Below, in pieces: positions 27,556 to 39,091 of a stretch of 64,000 nucleotides of DNA (within the stretch, counting starts at the first letter, position 1; every line of letters begins with the position of its first letter). A program made the translations under genes and the position numbers. The stretch is from Eledone cirrhosa (Eukaryota). Location: NCBI GenBank assembly GCA_964016885.1, contig OZ024744.1, positions 86,862,001-86,926,000 of the forward strand. Reading direction: 5' to 3'. Below the pieces are notes generated by a model. That model was not told where the DNA came from. It saw nothing but the letters and a program-made list of their open reading frames with translations, and did no database searches.

Positions 27556-28835
27556 TGTTTTCTTTATTAACCACAAGGGTTCACATAAAGTAGACATTAA
27601 GGACAGTACAGGACAATATAGGACGGTACAAATGGGCATTTCTGCGTGTAAAAAGCAAAAACAGAGAATGTAACAAAAAATAACAAAGAAAAATTCCCCA
27701 ATAGGGGGGAGACTTCCAAGGGACATTTGTGGAGAAAGCCCATTAAAAGACCACAGTGGCCCTGACCACCAGGGCAAGTGCCCTCTCCCAGTTTTCCACC
27801 TTTAATTTACAGACACATACTCAGAGAAGGCCCATTCATTCGGGCCATACTTGCTTCCCTCACCCATCTTTCAACAAAATGCTGGGAAGAGAGCACTTCC
27901 CTCTCTACTCTGATTTTCCTTTTCAAATGAAATTTGAAAAAGTCAATCAGGGCATCAGCGAAGAGGTAAGTGCTCGTCTTCAGCCCTTTCAAACGTGTCC
28001 ACCATACTATCTCTTTCGCCATGGCCACCAGACAGATAAAAACTGCCTGCCCTTCCCGGCTAAAGGAGGAGGGCGGGGCAATCCTCACGATGGACTCAGA
28101 TGATAGCCGGATCCGTCCTACACGCGACAGCAGGTGTTCGACATAAACCCACAAGTCAGCAATTTTCGGACACTGGACGAGTGCGTGCAGGACGGTTTCG
28201 TCGCCCTGCGCGCATCTCGGACATGCCCGGCTGACGGCACTTCCATTCCTGTAGAGTTTATCCCGAACTGGCAAGGCTCCTCGGTAGCACTGCCAGGCCA
28301 GAGATTTCTGGAAGTTGTCCATAGGTCCTGGCCCGAAAGTTCTTCCGAAGAGATTGGCTAGTTGATTTTCATCGACGCCTAGAGATTCCCCAAGTACGTC
28401 GTCGCTCTTCCCCTTCACTAATCCTCTATAGAACGCCGAGGTGGAGTTTCCACCGATCACATTGCCCGATTGGTCGAGGGCTGTGAGCGCCTGAAGACAT
28501 TCCAGTCTCCAAGCGCTCCCTCTCGGTCTTCGCTTGACCCAGGACTGCAGCTCCGTCAAGGAGACGAGCTGGGGAAATACGTGTCTAGCAAACGGCGACC
28601 ACACCTGATCACCGTCGAGGAAGAGGTGGAGATGTCGTAGCCTGAGCGCGTGCCTGCGCATCAACAGCCACGGCAAGCCCAGCCCTCCACGTAGCGGGTG
28701 TTGACAACAGATGGACCGCCTGACCATCGGAGCGCGTCGCTTCCACAAAAAGCGAAAGAGCAAACGCTCCAGCGCAGTCAGGCGAGGCTTAGGACAAGGT
28801 ACGACGGTCAGGCGGCAGCAGATGACAAACGCGAT
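27556..28835 (-). mobile_element. Tx1-clade LINE 3' fragment, tail-to-tail with Dong copy 2
   Basis: Intact ORF2 C-terminus 27807-28763 (GGLGLP, GALPVRDKL, CPRCAQGDETVLHALVQCP); AATAAA then (ATT)n. Confidence 0.9.
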
Positions 28836-29097
28836 GTCTTGCTATGAAGTAATAGGGTATGTGTTGGCATTTAAACCTGGCTGAGCTTAACCCTCTCCAA
28901 GTCTGAACAGTTGATTTCTTCCAAACGAAGTGAGAAAGAGATATAAAGGAAGAATCAAGCCCAGTACTAGACTGATACTTCATCAACCTTGAAAGAATGA
29001 TAGTAGAATACACTTGCCCAAAGTACCCCCGCAGTAGGATTGAATCGGCAATCATGTTACTGCAAAACAAATTTTCTCTCAAATACATATCTTCAGT

Positions 29098-29575
29098 ACT
29101 TATCCGAGTGTAAACACCTAGCCCAGACTCACTATAAAGGCTGGAGACATGATGTGATGGGCAGGGTGATCCACTGGCCCCTATGCAAAGTAAACAATTT
29201 ACCACATTCTGAGAAGTGGTATGAGCATAAGCCAGAGGCGGTGATAGAAAACGATCAGGTGAAGGTGCTGTCGGTTTTAGGATAAAGACGGACAAGAAAC
29301 TGGAACACAATAGACCTGACCTGGTGGTTTTAGACAAGGAAAAAAGATCGTGTCTGATTGTGGATGCAGCCTGCCCATTCGACACGAGAGTGCAAGAGAA
29401 GGAGAGGGAGAAAATTAACCGATTCCAGGACTTAAAGTGGGAGGTAAAAAGGATTTGGACTGCCATGAAGTCAAAGGCGCACTAGGTACTATCTCAAAAA
29501 GTTTCCAGGGATGGTTAAAGAAAATTGGCCTCGCCACGCTTTTTGGAACGCTTCAAAAGACATGCTTGCTGGGAA
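29098..29575 (+). mobile_element. R4/Dong copy 3, RLE-region fragment
   Basis: SECKHLAQTHYKGWRHD..HNRPDLVV; shares most diagnostic bases with copy 1. Confidence 0.9.
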
Positions 29576-29579
29576 CAAT

Positions 29580-29780
29580 ACTACCATTCAATGCCTATGC
29601 GTGAAGATATTTTTTAAAATGAGGAAAGACTGTACACTGAGCCAATCCCACTCTCTGAGCGACAGTAGCTATAATCCGAAAAGAAAAAAAGATCAACGTC
29701 ATCGGAAACTACCGAGCCGCAGGTTTTATATCGGAGTTATCCCAGATTCCTGAGTTGCCTTCTCCTAGAAGAATGCCCTG
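29580..29780 (-). mobile_element. Non-autonomous RTE-derived element fragment
   Basis: Reverse complement of the TTCTAGGAGAAGGCAACTCAGG...TAAAACCTGCGGCTC module at 55326, 56630 and 57174. Confidence 0.75.
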
Positions 29781-29847
29781 ACATACATACATACATACAT
29801 ACATACATACATACATACATACATACATACATACATACATACATACA

Positions 29848-31100
29848 TAATTGGACGATAGACGAAATCCGAGCGATTGATGTTAGAACTCGAAAAATAC
29901 TAAACACCGGAAACTTCCACATCAACAGTGACATAGACCGCCTTTACTTGAAACGTAAGCAGGGAGGTAGAGGCCTAACATCAGTCCAGACAACATTTGA
30001 ATGTGGCACCATATCTCTCCGACATCATCTACGAACCTCAAAGCGTAGGAGCCTGTCTCTCGAGCAAGTCTATCTGCATGAAACATAAGATCATGAGAGT
30101 TGGGAAGGAACTTATCGAGACGTATTCCCTGTGTGATAATAAAAAAAACTCACACCCTGGGAGGTAGCTCAGCAGTATCGCAGTGAATCCATGGATGAAA
30201 ATTGCATGCTTATCAGCAAAAAGTCATGCATGGATATGTTGCCAGGAAGCTCCAGAGTGAGAGTAATATAGATAATGAAAGTAGTCTATCTTGAACCAAC
30301 AACCGCTATATTGGCTCCCACTTTGAAGGATACGCTTTTGCAATCCAAAAACAAGAAATCAACCCGAAATACCTGATTCACAAAAGAGATAGGGATACAA
30401 GCAAAACACCTAGATGAGATAACAAGTGCAGACTCTGCAGAATTAACATCGAAGATGTCACCCATGTCCTAAGCAGCTGTCCAAAGATGTCATCATGGTA
30501 CTATCTACCTATGAAGCCAAAACACTGTACAATGCAATCCGTAGAAAAGATAGCCCCGATAATAAACACATTAAAAGCTACAACAAGGTAGAAGACATAC
30601 ATATACATAATATGAAAGAGTACGAGTGGAATGTTTCCTGTAAAAAGCCCAATAAAATGCAGGCATAACAGACCAGATATTATGATATGGGACAGGGAAA
30701 AGAAGCCATGCACAGTAGTAGAAATTAGCTGCCCAGCAGATGCCAATATGATATCAAAGATTAACGAAAAGGAGAATATTTATGCAGAACTGATGAGAAA
30801 TCTGTAGATACTCCACCTTCATAATGCCTTCAGATTTATGCCTATGATTATATGTTAGTAACTGCCTCAATGCAAATCTTGAGAAGCTAGGCGTCACAAG
30901 AACAGAAAGAACACAACTAGTTAGGAAATTACAAGTACAATCCATTAATGGAACAATAAAATATATAAAACATTCCAAACATTTTGCATCTAATAACTGC
31001 ATATACACATGTGCAGATACTAAGCATATACACATGCACACTTACAACTCAAAACATACACATCCACACATACAATAACATCCATAACAGCACAGAATAG
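29848..31100 (+). mobile_element. RLE LINE family B (R4/NeSL-like), decayed 3' half, next to (CATA)n
   Basis: HINSDIDRLYLKRKQGGRGL, SHFEGYAFAIQ, CRLCR..EDVTHVLSSC, HNRPDIMIWD, VEISCPAD; homologue at 57690-59235 (-). Confidence 0.85.
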
Positions 31101-31129
31101 AATATCTCAGGGCTATATATATTTCGGCG

Positions 31130-32400
31130 AGCCACTCTATCTGTGACACTGTTTATATTTGCAATGACGCTATTTATATTGTCAGTAAACCATTTGGCCT
31201 TCAAGCTGACGACTTATGTAATAGGTTCAGAGGAGGCCAGAGACACTAACCTAAAACATAGCCACTTTGTAAATGACCTGAAAATTTATGCCAAGAATAT
31301 AAATGGTATAAAGAAAAGCCTTGACCTTGTTACGACGTTATGAAAACATATAGGAATAGAGTTTAACCAGGATAAATGTTCATATGTGATTGTAAAGCGA
31401 CGAAAAACTACAAGGCATTCAAGCACCATTTCTATTAATGGTCTGATTCTTTCAGTGGGGTCTGGTGAGGACTGCTGCTACAGACACTTAGGGCTAGATG
31501 AAAATAAATCCTATCATGATATTTGTAATAAGGAATGTCGAACCAGTGAATATAACACCCGAATAATAAAAATAATATATATATATATATATATACGGAC
31601 TTCTGAACTCTCTGGTCCAATAAATCATTGGTTCAAAGTGCGTTTGCTGTGTCTATGCTAACACCAATATTGGCAGTATCGGCAGAGCGTCAGACGTCAT
31701 GCTTTGCAGCATAGAGTTATGGCCCTTTGCGTTCTGAGTTCAAATCCCGCCGACTTTAACTTTGCCTTTCATCCTTACGGGATCGATAAGATAAAGTACC
31801 AGTAATGCACTGGGGGTAATTGCTGGCCTTGTGCCAAAAGTAGAAACTCTAATATTTGGACTACATAATTCGATGCTAGATGAGGTTTTAACATCAATGG
31901 CTCACAATTAATGTTAAAACCCTAAAATTCTAACAGCACCTGGAATTTCCACCACGACCCGGAATGTAAATAGGTAAGAAGAGGTTTAACATCAGTTCAG
32001 ACAGTATTTGCGTATCACACCAAACCCCTCCTACAATATCTACGAATCAATAAGCGGAGAAGTCCATCTAAAGACTAATTTTGTCGACTTGAGGTAGATA
32101 TCATCATGATAGCTGAGAAGGTGCTTCTTGAGAAATCCTCCATGGATTATAATCAAAAGGTCAAACACACCCAGGGAAATTGCACAACAATACTGCAATG
32201 AATCAATGCATGAAAGTCTGTGTGCAGTAGCCCCCATACCTGCACACGCATTAGCGCGCGCACAGATATATACAGATACACATACGTATCTACCAAGCTG
32301 ACGTTGTCTAAATTCCAATCAAAGAGTCTGTTTTCTAGGTTAGAAACCGACGCTATTGGCAACAATTTATAAAATGATAAAACCTGAATATACATACATG
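31130..32400 (+). mobile_element. Older family-B RLE LINE fragment interrupted by a SINE (31666-31848)
   Basis: LFILSVNHL..HSHFVNDLKIYA (degenerate RT F.DDLK), YRHLG; 3' UTR matches 57640-57750; (CATA)n tail. Confidence 0.65.
31666..31848 (+). mobile_element. tRNA-derived SINE
   Basis: TTGGCAG..GGCAGAGCGTCAGAC, GTTCTGAGTTCAAATCC (B box), CTTTGCCTTTCATCCTT.CGGG.TCGATAA. Same family at 33248-33430, 33444-33570, 36725-36850, 38150-38333 and 61570-61785. Confidence 0.8.
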
Positions 32401-32518
32401 CATAAACATACATACATACATACATACATACATACATACATACATACATACATACATACATACATACATACATACATACATACATACATACATACATAGC
32501 TTCATACCCATCATTATT

Positions 32519-32755
32519 GGAGCTACGGGTTATATACCAACCCGCTTGGACCAATATAATACTGAACTTGGTTTTGTGGACAAAGAGCGCAGCCCCCTAA
32601 TTCATAGTCTACAAATGTCTGCGATAGCTGACACCTTCAAAATTTGCAAATCATTCTTGCGATTCAAGGGATGACAATTTCTTTTCTTTTACAACCTTGC
32701 CACCAGGAAGGTGGCCGGTCAAAAATATACTCGAAATTAAGAGAAAGAGATAAAC
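32519..32755 (+). mobile_element. RLE LINE family C 3' end in (CATA)n
   Basis: FIPIIIGATGYIPTRLD..FKICK.FLRFKG; near-identical to the reverse complement of 55937-56190. Confidence 0.8.
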
Positions 32756-33247
32756 ATAAACACATATACATACATATATTCGTACATCCACAGATTTATA
32801 CATACATATATATATACATACAAATACATACATAAACATGCATGCACATATGCATGTATAAATACATCCACAGATACATAAATACATACGTACATACATA
32901 CATATATGCGTACATACATATATTGTTTTATCGCTATGTTAGCATGTAAGCGCAGTTGGCATGAAAAGTTACAGGGCTTCCGTAAGTGGTAGGGGAGAGG
33001 GAAAATGGTACTATCAAACTGGCGATGTGACCAAAATGATTGCAACTTAATGTACTCCGCTAAAGTCACCCATGTGCTTGGAGGCACATGTGCTTAAACC
33101 TGGTTACGGATTAATCTACCTGCTAATTAGGCCACGATGGGATTTGATCATATCGGACTACAAAGAGCCGGGAGGAATTCACAAGTAATTTCTCTTACAA
33201 TCTGATGATGCTTTCTGTCAGGTTGCCATAGTAAGACGCACTATTAT

Positions 33248-33570
33248 TCGGTGGATTGGCAGTACGGGTAGAGCGTTAGACACCATGCTTCGCGGCATAG
33301 AGTTATGCCCCTTTACGTTCTGTGTTCAAATCCCACCGGTGTTAACTTTGCCTTTCATCCTTACGGGGCTGATAAAATAAAGCACCAGTAATACACTGGG
33401 TAATTGCTGGCTTAGTGTCAAAAGTAGAAATAATTATTTTTCTGGATTGGCTGTATTGGTAGGGCGTCAGATACCATGCTTTGCAGCATAGGGTTATGGC
33501 CTTTTACGTTCTGAGTTCAAATCCTGCCGCGCTAAGCTTTGCCTTTCCTCCTTACGGGGTAGAAACAGTT
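33248..33570 (+). mobile_element. Two tandem tRNA-derived SINE copies
   Basis: GGATTGGC..GGTAG.GCGT.AGA.ACCATGCTT..GTTCAAATCC..TTTGCCTTTC.TCCTTACGGGG occurs twice. Confidence 0.8.
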
Positions 33571-33749
33571 GTTTCCACTACTTTATTACGGCCCAAGACC
33601 ATTAACTACTTCTTAAATAGTCTGGTGTAAGAAACAGTTTCAATTCCAGCCTTCGGATGACGAAGGATTAAAGTTTTCTGATTTTTTTTTTTTTTTTGCC
33701 TTAAACCACATTGGGAATTGAAAATGGCTAGATGTTTAAGTTTTTTGCT

Positions 33750-33861
33750 TTTCTCGCTTTTTCTTTTATGATGGTCTTGATGCTGAATTTGATGTTGATC
33801 GTGAAGGCCATGGTGATCTTAATGATGTTGATTATAACTATAATTAAGATTGTGATAATAG

Positions 33862-33892
<31 letters not shown>

Positions 33893-34128
33893 AGGTGTGG
33901 TGGCGGTAGGGCTGCTGGTGATGAGGAGTGTTGTCATTATAATATAAATGATGAAGATTTTTTTTTTTAATAAGTAAATAACATCATTCATTTTTAATAT
34001 TGAGTCTGATGGCGACGGCAAAGTTGATGTTGATTTTGATCGAGAGAATTATGATAACGACAATGATGATGATTATGATGGTGATAATAATGCTGATAAT
34101 GATGCTGTTGTTGATGATGATGATGATA

Positions 34129-34183
<55 letters not shown>

Positions 34184-34260
34184 CGGGGAGAAGGGGATAA
34201 CAACAGCAACTACGATGATGATGATGATGATGATGATTAATGTATTATGATGGTAATGAG
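33750..34260. repeat. Degenerate (GAT)n/(GTT)n trinucleotide low-complexity tract
   Basis: Direct inspection. Confidence 0.9.
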
Positions 34261-34964
34261 CTGAAGATGACGATAATACTTCCAGGAACATTCCTCATTA
34301 GTCGGCCATTGATACATGTAACGAGTTTCAATCCCAACTGCTGCTCACCGGGTTCGAACGCCTTGAGCTCACATTCGTTGCTACCTCAATTTCAGTACCT
34401 GACTTTTCATAGATTTTCTCCATCATACACTCTATTGCTTTCTTGTTATTAGCCATGTTTGTTGTTGTTGTTGCTGCTGTTATTTCCTGAAATATGCATT
34501 ACACAGAAATTTCGTATCACGTGTGTATGTAATAGTGTGTCTGTGTCTGTGTCTGAGTATATGGGAGTGTATGTGCACGTAAGTGAAAGGGAGAGAGAGA
34601 GAGGGAGTTTCTGTATGTGTGCTTTTAATTTTCTCTGTGTAATAAGTTTGTGTATTTGTATACATGTTCATATTTTCGGGCATATTTATGCGTGCGTAAG
34701 TGTATTAGTATGAATTTTTAAAAGTATGTGATTATATGTGAGTTTAGGTACATGTATGACTTTATGTGTATGACTGTGTGTTGTGTGTGCAGATGATTTT
34801 TGTGCATGTTAGTACGTATATGTGTGAGCATAAGTGTCTATTCATGTATGGACATGAGAGTGTTTATATGGGTGTGTGATTTCATTTGTGAGGGACTTTG
34901 TGTACCAATGTTTTTTCTTTAACAACATGTTTGTGTGTGTGTGTTTGTGGGATTGTGTGTGTGT

Positions 34965-35053
<89 letters not shown>

Positions 35054-35840
35054 TGCGCGTGTGTGTGCGCGTATTAGTGCAGGTGATTTTGAACGGATCT
35101 GTACGATGCAGTGTGTATATCTATATGTGTTTCTAACATGCGCATATGTGTGAGTCTGTGAGTTTATGTACGTTCGTGTGCGTGTTTTTTTTTTTTGTTT
35201 TTGTGTTTCTAGGGATCATACATATCTGCAAGCATATTAGGTACAAGTAAAATAAAATTCAGTAGCCATTGGAATTCAATCTTAATTTTAAGCCTTTTTA
35301 ATTATTGCTTTGTGTAGCGGCTAAAACTTATATAAGACTTCGGGATACAAACGGGACTTTTATTGAGAATGAATTAATTACATGTAAAATAAATGAATAA
35401 ATAAATAAATAGATAAATAAATAAATAAAATATATTCCAGTCTATCGTAAATAGAAGTCAAATAGTCATATGACTTTCGGTTTCTAATATGGTATGTTCA
35501 CATGAAACTGTCGTGATTGATTGGATCAACGAGTGAAACATACAGAGAGAATAGCTAAAGATGGTAACATGAATTGACCTGCTATTTTTCACTAAAACAA
35601 TTTTTCCGATTCCACCCTGTCCGTCCCCTCAATCTTTCTAATGTCTCTTTCTTTCTTCTGATGAATTACTATAGCGCCCGAAATGGTAATGCCCTCCTTC
35701 TGCTAATTCAAGTGTTAGCTCCAGTGTTTGCATAACTACGGCTTCCTAAATTAATCTTGTAAACATACCGTGTTTCTTTAGAAATACGAAATCTGTATAC
35801 ATATCTGTATAAAGCTATGCTTGAAGCGAAATCCTAATTC

Positions 35841-36171
<331 letters not shown>

Positions 36172-36254
36172 ATAATAATAAATTTGAAGACTAAAATCCA
36201 AAGAGGGCTCGATAAGGATAAATATATATCAGATATATAAGAACCGTAGGGCAA

Positions 36255-36523
36255 ATATTTATTAAAGTAACAGATTAAAGTTTAAGCAAAGAATCGCTGC
36301 TTTCACCAAGCAGGAAATCATACCTAAAACTCCTGATACAGACTTTGCCAAGGAACGTTTCCACGAACCAAAGTATCGTCTTCCTGTCTTCCTTCGGTTG
36401 CAACGTTTTATGAAATATTTACTTCTGCATTCACAGATTGACTCTTTTATTTTCAGAAGATCCCGTTAAGGGTGAAAGCAGCGACTCTTTGCTTAAACTT
36501 TAATCTGTTACTTTAATAAATAT
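36255..36523. mobile_element. Fold-back element with ~53-bp inverted arms in (TA)n
   Basis: 36255-36307 is the reverse complement of 36471-36523 with one mismatch. Confidence 0.75.
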
Positions 36524-37279
36524 ATATATATATATATAATTATATATATATATATATAAGTGCATTGCATACCCTAACCCATAAACAAAACAAGGTGAAA
36601 GTACCGTAGGTAGGTTAGAAAGGAAGAGGAATGAAAAAATAAATTCTTAAATATAATGTCTTATGAAATCTTCATTAAAATTGTTTTCTCTTCTTATGGT
36701 AATATGCAATTAGGATAAAAATCTTACTTCTTTGCCTTTCATCCTTATGGGGTCGATAAAATAAACTACCAGTAATGTACTGGGGTCGATTTAATCGATT
36801 TTCTTCATTCCCCCAACTTACTGGCGTTGTGTCTATACTAGAAACCATTATTGTTGAGGTTCTTCTTTTCTTTTTCATGTGGCCGTTTTCGTTTTTTGTA
36901 GTTATTGATCTTGGTATTGTTGTTGTTGTTTTTTTATTGATAATTATTGACTACACGTCATTCCAGAAGATTGAACATGCCTATTACGAAAAACAATGCA
37001 GCTGTGGTCATTGGGTGATTTTTTTACCACAATATTTCAGACTACATCGTCCAGTGTAACGATTTATATTTAAGAAATACAATGTGATTTTCGTAGATTG
37101 GGTTGCTATTTCTAACAGTACATGCGTTCACGTCAAGCTTCTTTCTGATAAAGCTAATCGTTGTAAGAAGTTTTGATGGGAGATAACTACCAAGCTTGTC
37201 TGCTCGAAAATAATTTTTTTTGTAAATCTACAGAAACTACTTTGTCCAACGCGTTAATCCTTTTTTCATCACCATCATC

Positions 37280-37625
37280 ATCCGGCGGCCTCAGCCGAAA
37301 TGGACTCAACAATTGATCTCCACGTGGGTCTGTCGTTCATTGTCGTTTCTAAGTCCTGGATTTCAATACCAGATTCTTTTGCAGATGACATCCGGGTAGA
37401 AGAGCTTGTGTCTCCTGTTATGTGGTTTCCAAAGCACTAGTGGGGACACAGCCTCATAGGTGGCATGATGGCAGTGGCCAGCAAATCTTACTCTCATCTT
37501 CCGTACAACGACATATATGCGTGGGAGGCCGGCATAATCTCTTTCAAAGTCGCCAGCTAATGTTCTGAATGCGTTGAAGCAGGCGAGTGTAAGTGCCATC
37601 AATGTGCTTTTGTTGTTTGGATGAA
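37280..37625 (-). mobile_element. RTEX 3'-end fragment with (ATG)n tail
   Basis: R.RFAGHC.....E.VSPLVLW; homologous to 13503-13890. Confidence 0.75.
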
Positions 37626-38149
37626 ATCCTTTTTTAAAGAAGGTACGGTATTATATGATATAACATCGGCTTGCTCCTTTTTCTATGTGATATATATAAA
37701 TATATATATATATAAATTCAAAATTATGCCAAGACGGATGTTACGTTTTATTGCGTTATACGTATTTCAATGACGTACTCGTCAGCAATCAGGCAATCGT
37801 TATATCAATAATAAGAACTAATGTGATATCATCGGGTTATAACTCACTTACCTGAAGTAGTTATGTTGGTATGTGGATATGCGTCTAGTGAAGCAGTACC
37901 ACCCTGGTGTAAAGTGAGCGAACATATGACATAACATATTCTTACTAATATTTATACTAATATATATATATATATGTATATACATTCACAAACATCAAGG
38001 TATCCCTATTTTATATAACCTTCTACTAGAAGACTCATATTTTTATGAAATGCTTTCAATATATATACAATAATTTCTAAGGAAAATCAGCCATAAATAG
38101 ACATAACTCTACATAGTAACGAAAGCCTGCGTTTGATCAACAAAATAAT

Positions 38150-38333
38150 TGTTTCTACTTTAGGCACAAGGCTAGCAAATACCCAGTGCATTACTGGTAC
38201 TTATTTTATCGACCCCGTAAGGATGAAAGGCAAAGTCAACCTCGGCAGGATTTAAACTCAGATCGTAAAGGGGCGTAACTATGCTGGAAAGCATGGCGTC
38301 CGACCCTCTACCGATACTGCCAATCCACCGCCC
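38150..38333 (-). mobile_element. Full SINE with a 17-bp target-site duplication, inserted in an old RTE RT fragment
   Basis: TTGATCAACAAAATAAT at 38133-38149 and 38334-38350. The flank encodes GFNVKRSTIDMIFTIRQ on the minus strand (~38400-38455). Confidence 0.85.
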
Positions 38334-38984
38334 TTGATCAACAAAATAATGGCAGAGAAATAGGCATTTTTCTCATATTAGTTTGATGTGTTTTTACTGT
38401 GGTTGTCTGATTGTGAAAATCATATCAATAGTGCTTCTTTTAACATTGAAACCACATTGTGACTGTGCTTCAAATCTTGCCAGCACCAACGAATTTAGCC
38501 GTTACAAATAGACAACAGTCACTAGAAAATTGCTCTTAAAATTACCACATTCAATCCAGTTTAGCGGGATCTACTTCTCCCTTCATCAATGGGATATTAT
38601 TGTTTGTAAATGTTCTACCATTTCCTCACTTACATGGTTCAGAACCTTAGCATTAATAACATCCAGGCCTGTATATATATGTGTATTTATTGTTTTTGCA
38701 GCAGACGCAATGTCATTTGTACTTGGATTTTGATGTTATATTATCTACAATTGGGTAGCTTTCAGTTGATTCAATATTTATATTTACATTAGAGGACAGG
38801 TTAAGAAGCTTAGAGAAACATAGTTTGGTCATGACTAACCGATGATCACTTTAGTACTCTGCTTCCCTCAGTTTGCACACGCTAAAAACCTAATAAAAAC
38901 CTAAAAATGTATACATACTTTACATCACACACACAGACACACACACACGCGCACACACACACACACACACACACGCACACACAA

Positions 38985-39064
<80 letters not shown>

Positions 39065-39091
39065 GCACAGACACACACACACAAACATATA

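Noticed and set aside
31666-33570. tRNA-like A/B boxes as tRNA genes
   Set aside because: They are SINE heads; no cloverleaf.
35657-35692. CTGATGA..GAAA motif
   Set aside because: GAAA falls in the loop of the only hairpin; no hammerhead topology.
37750-37800. Minus-strand CTGACGA..GAAA tacgta
   Set aside because: Stem II does not pair convincingly; at most a relic.
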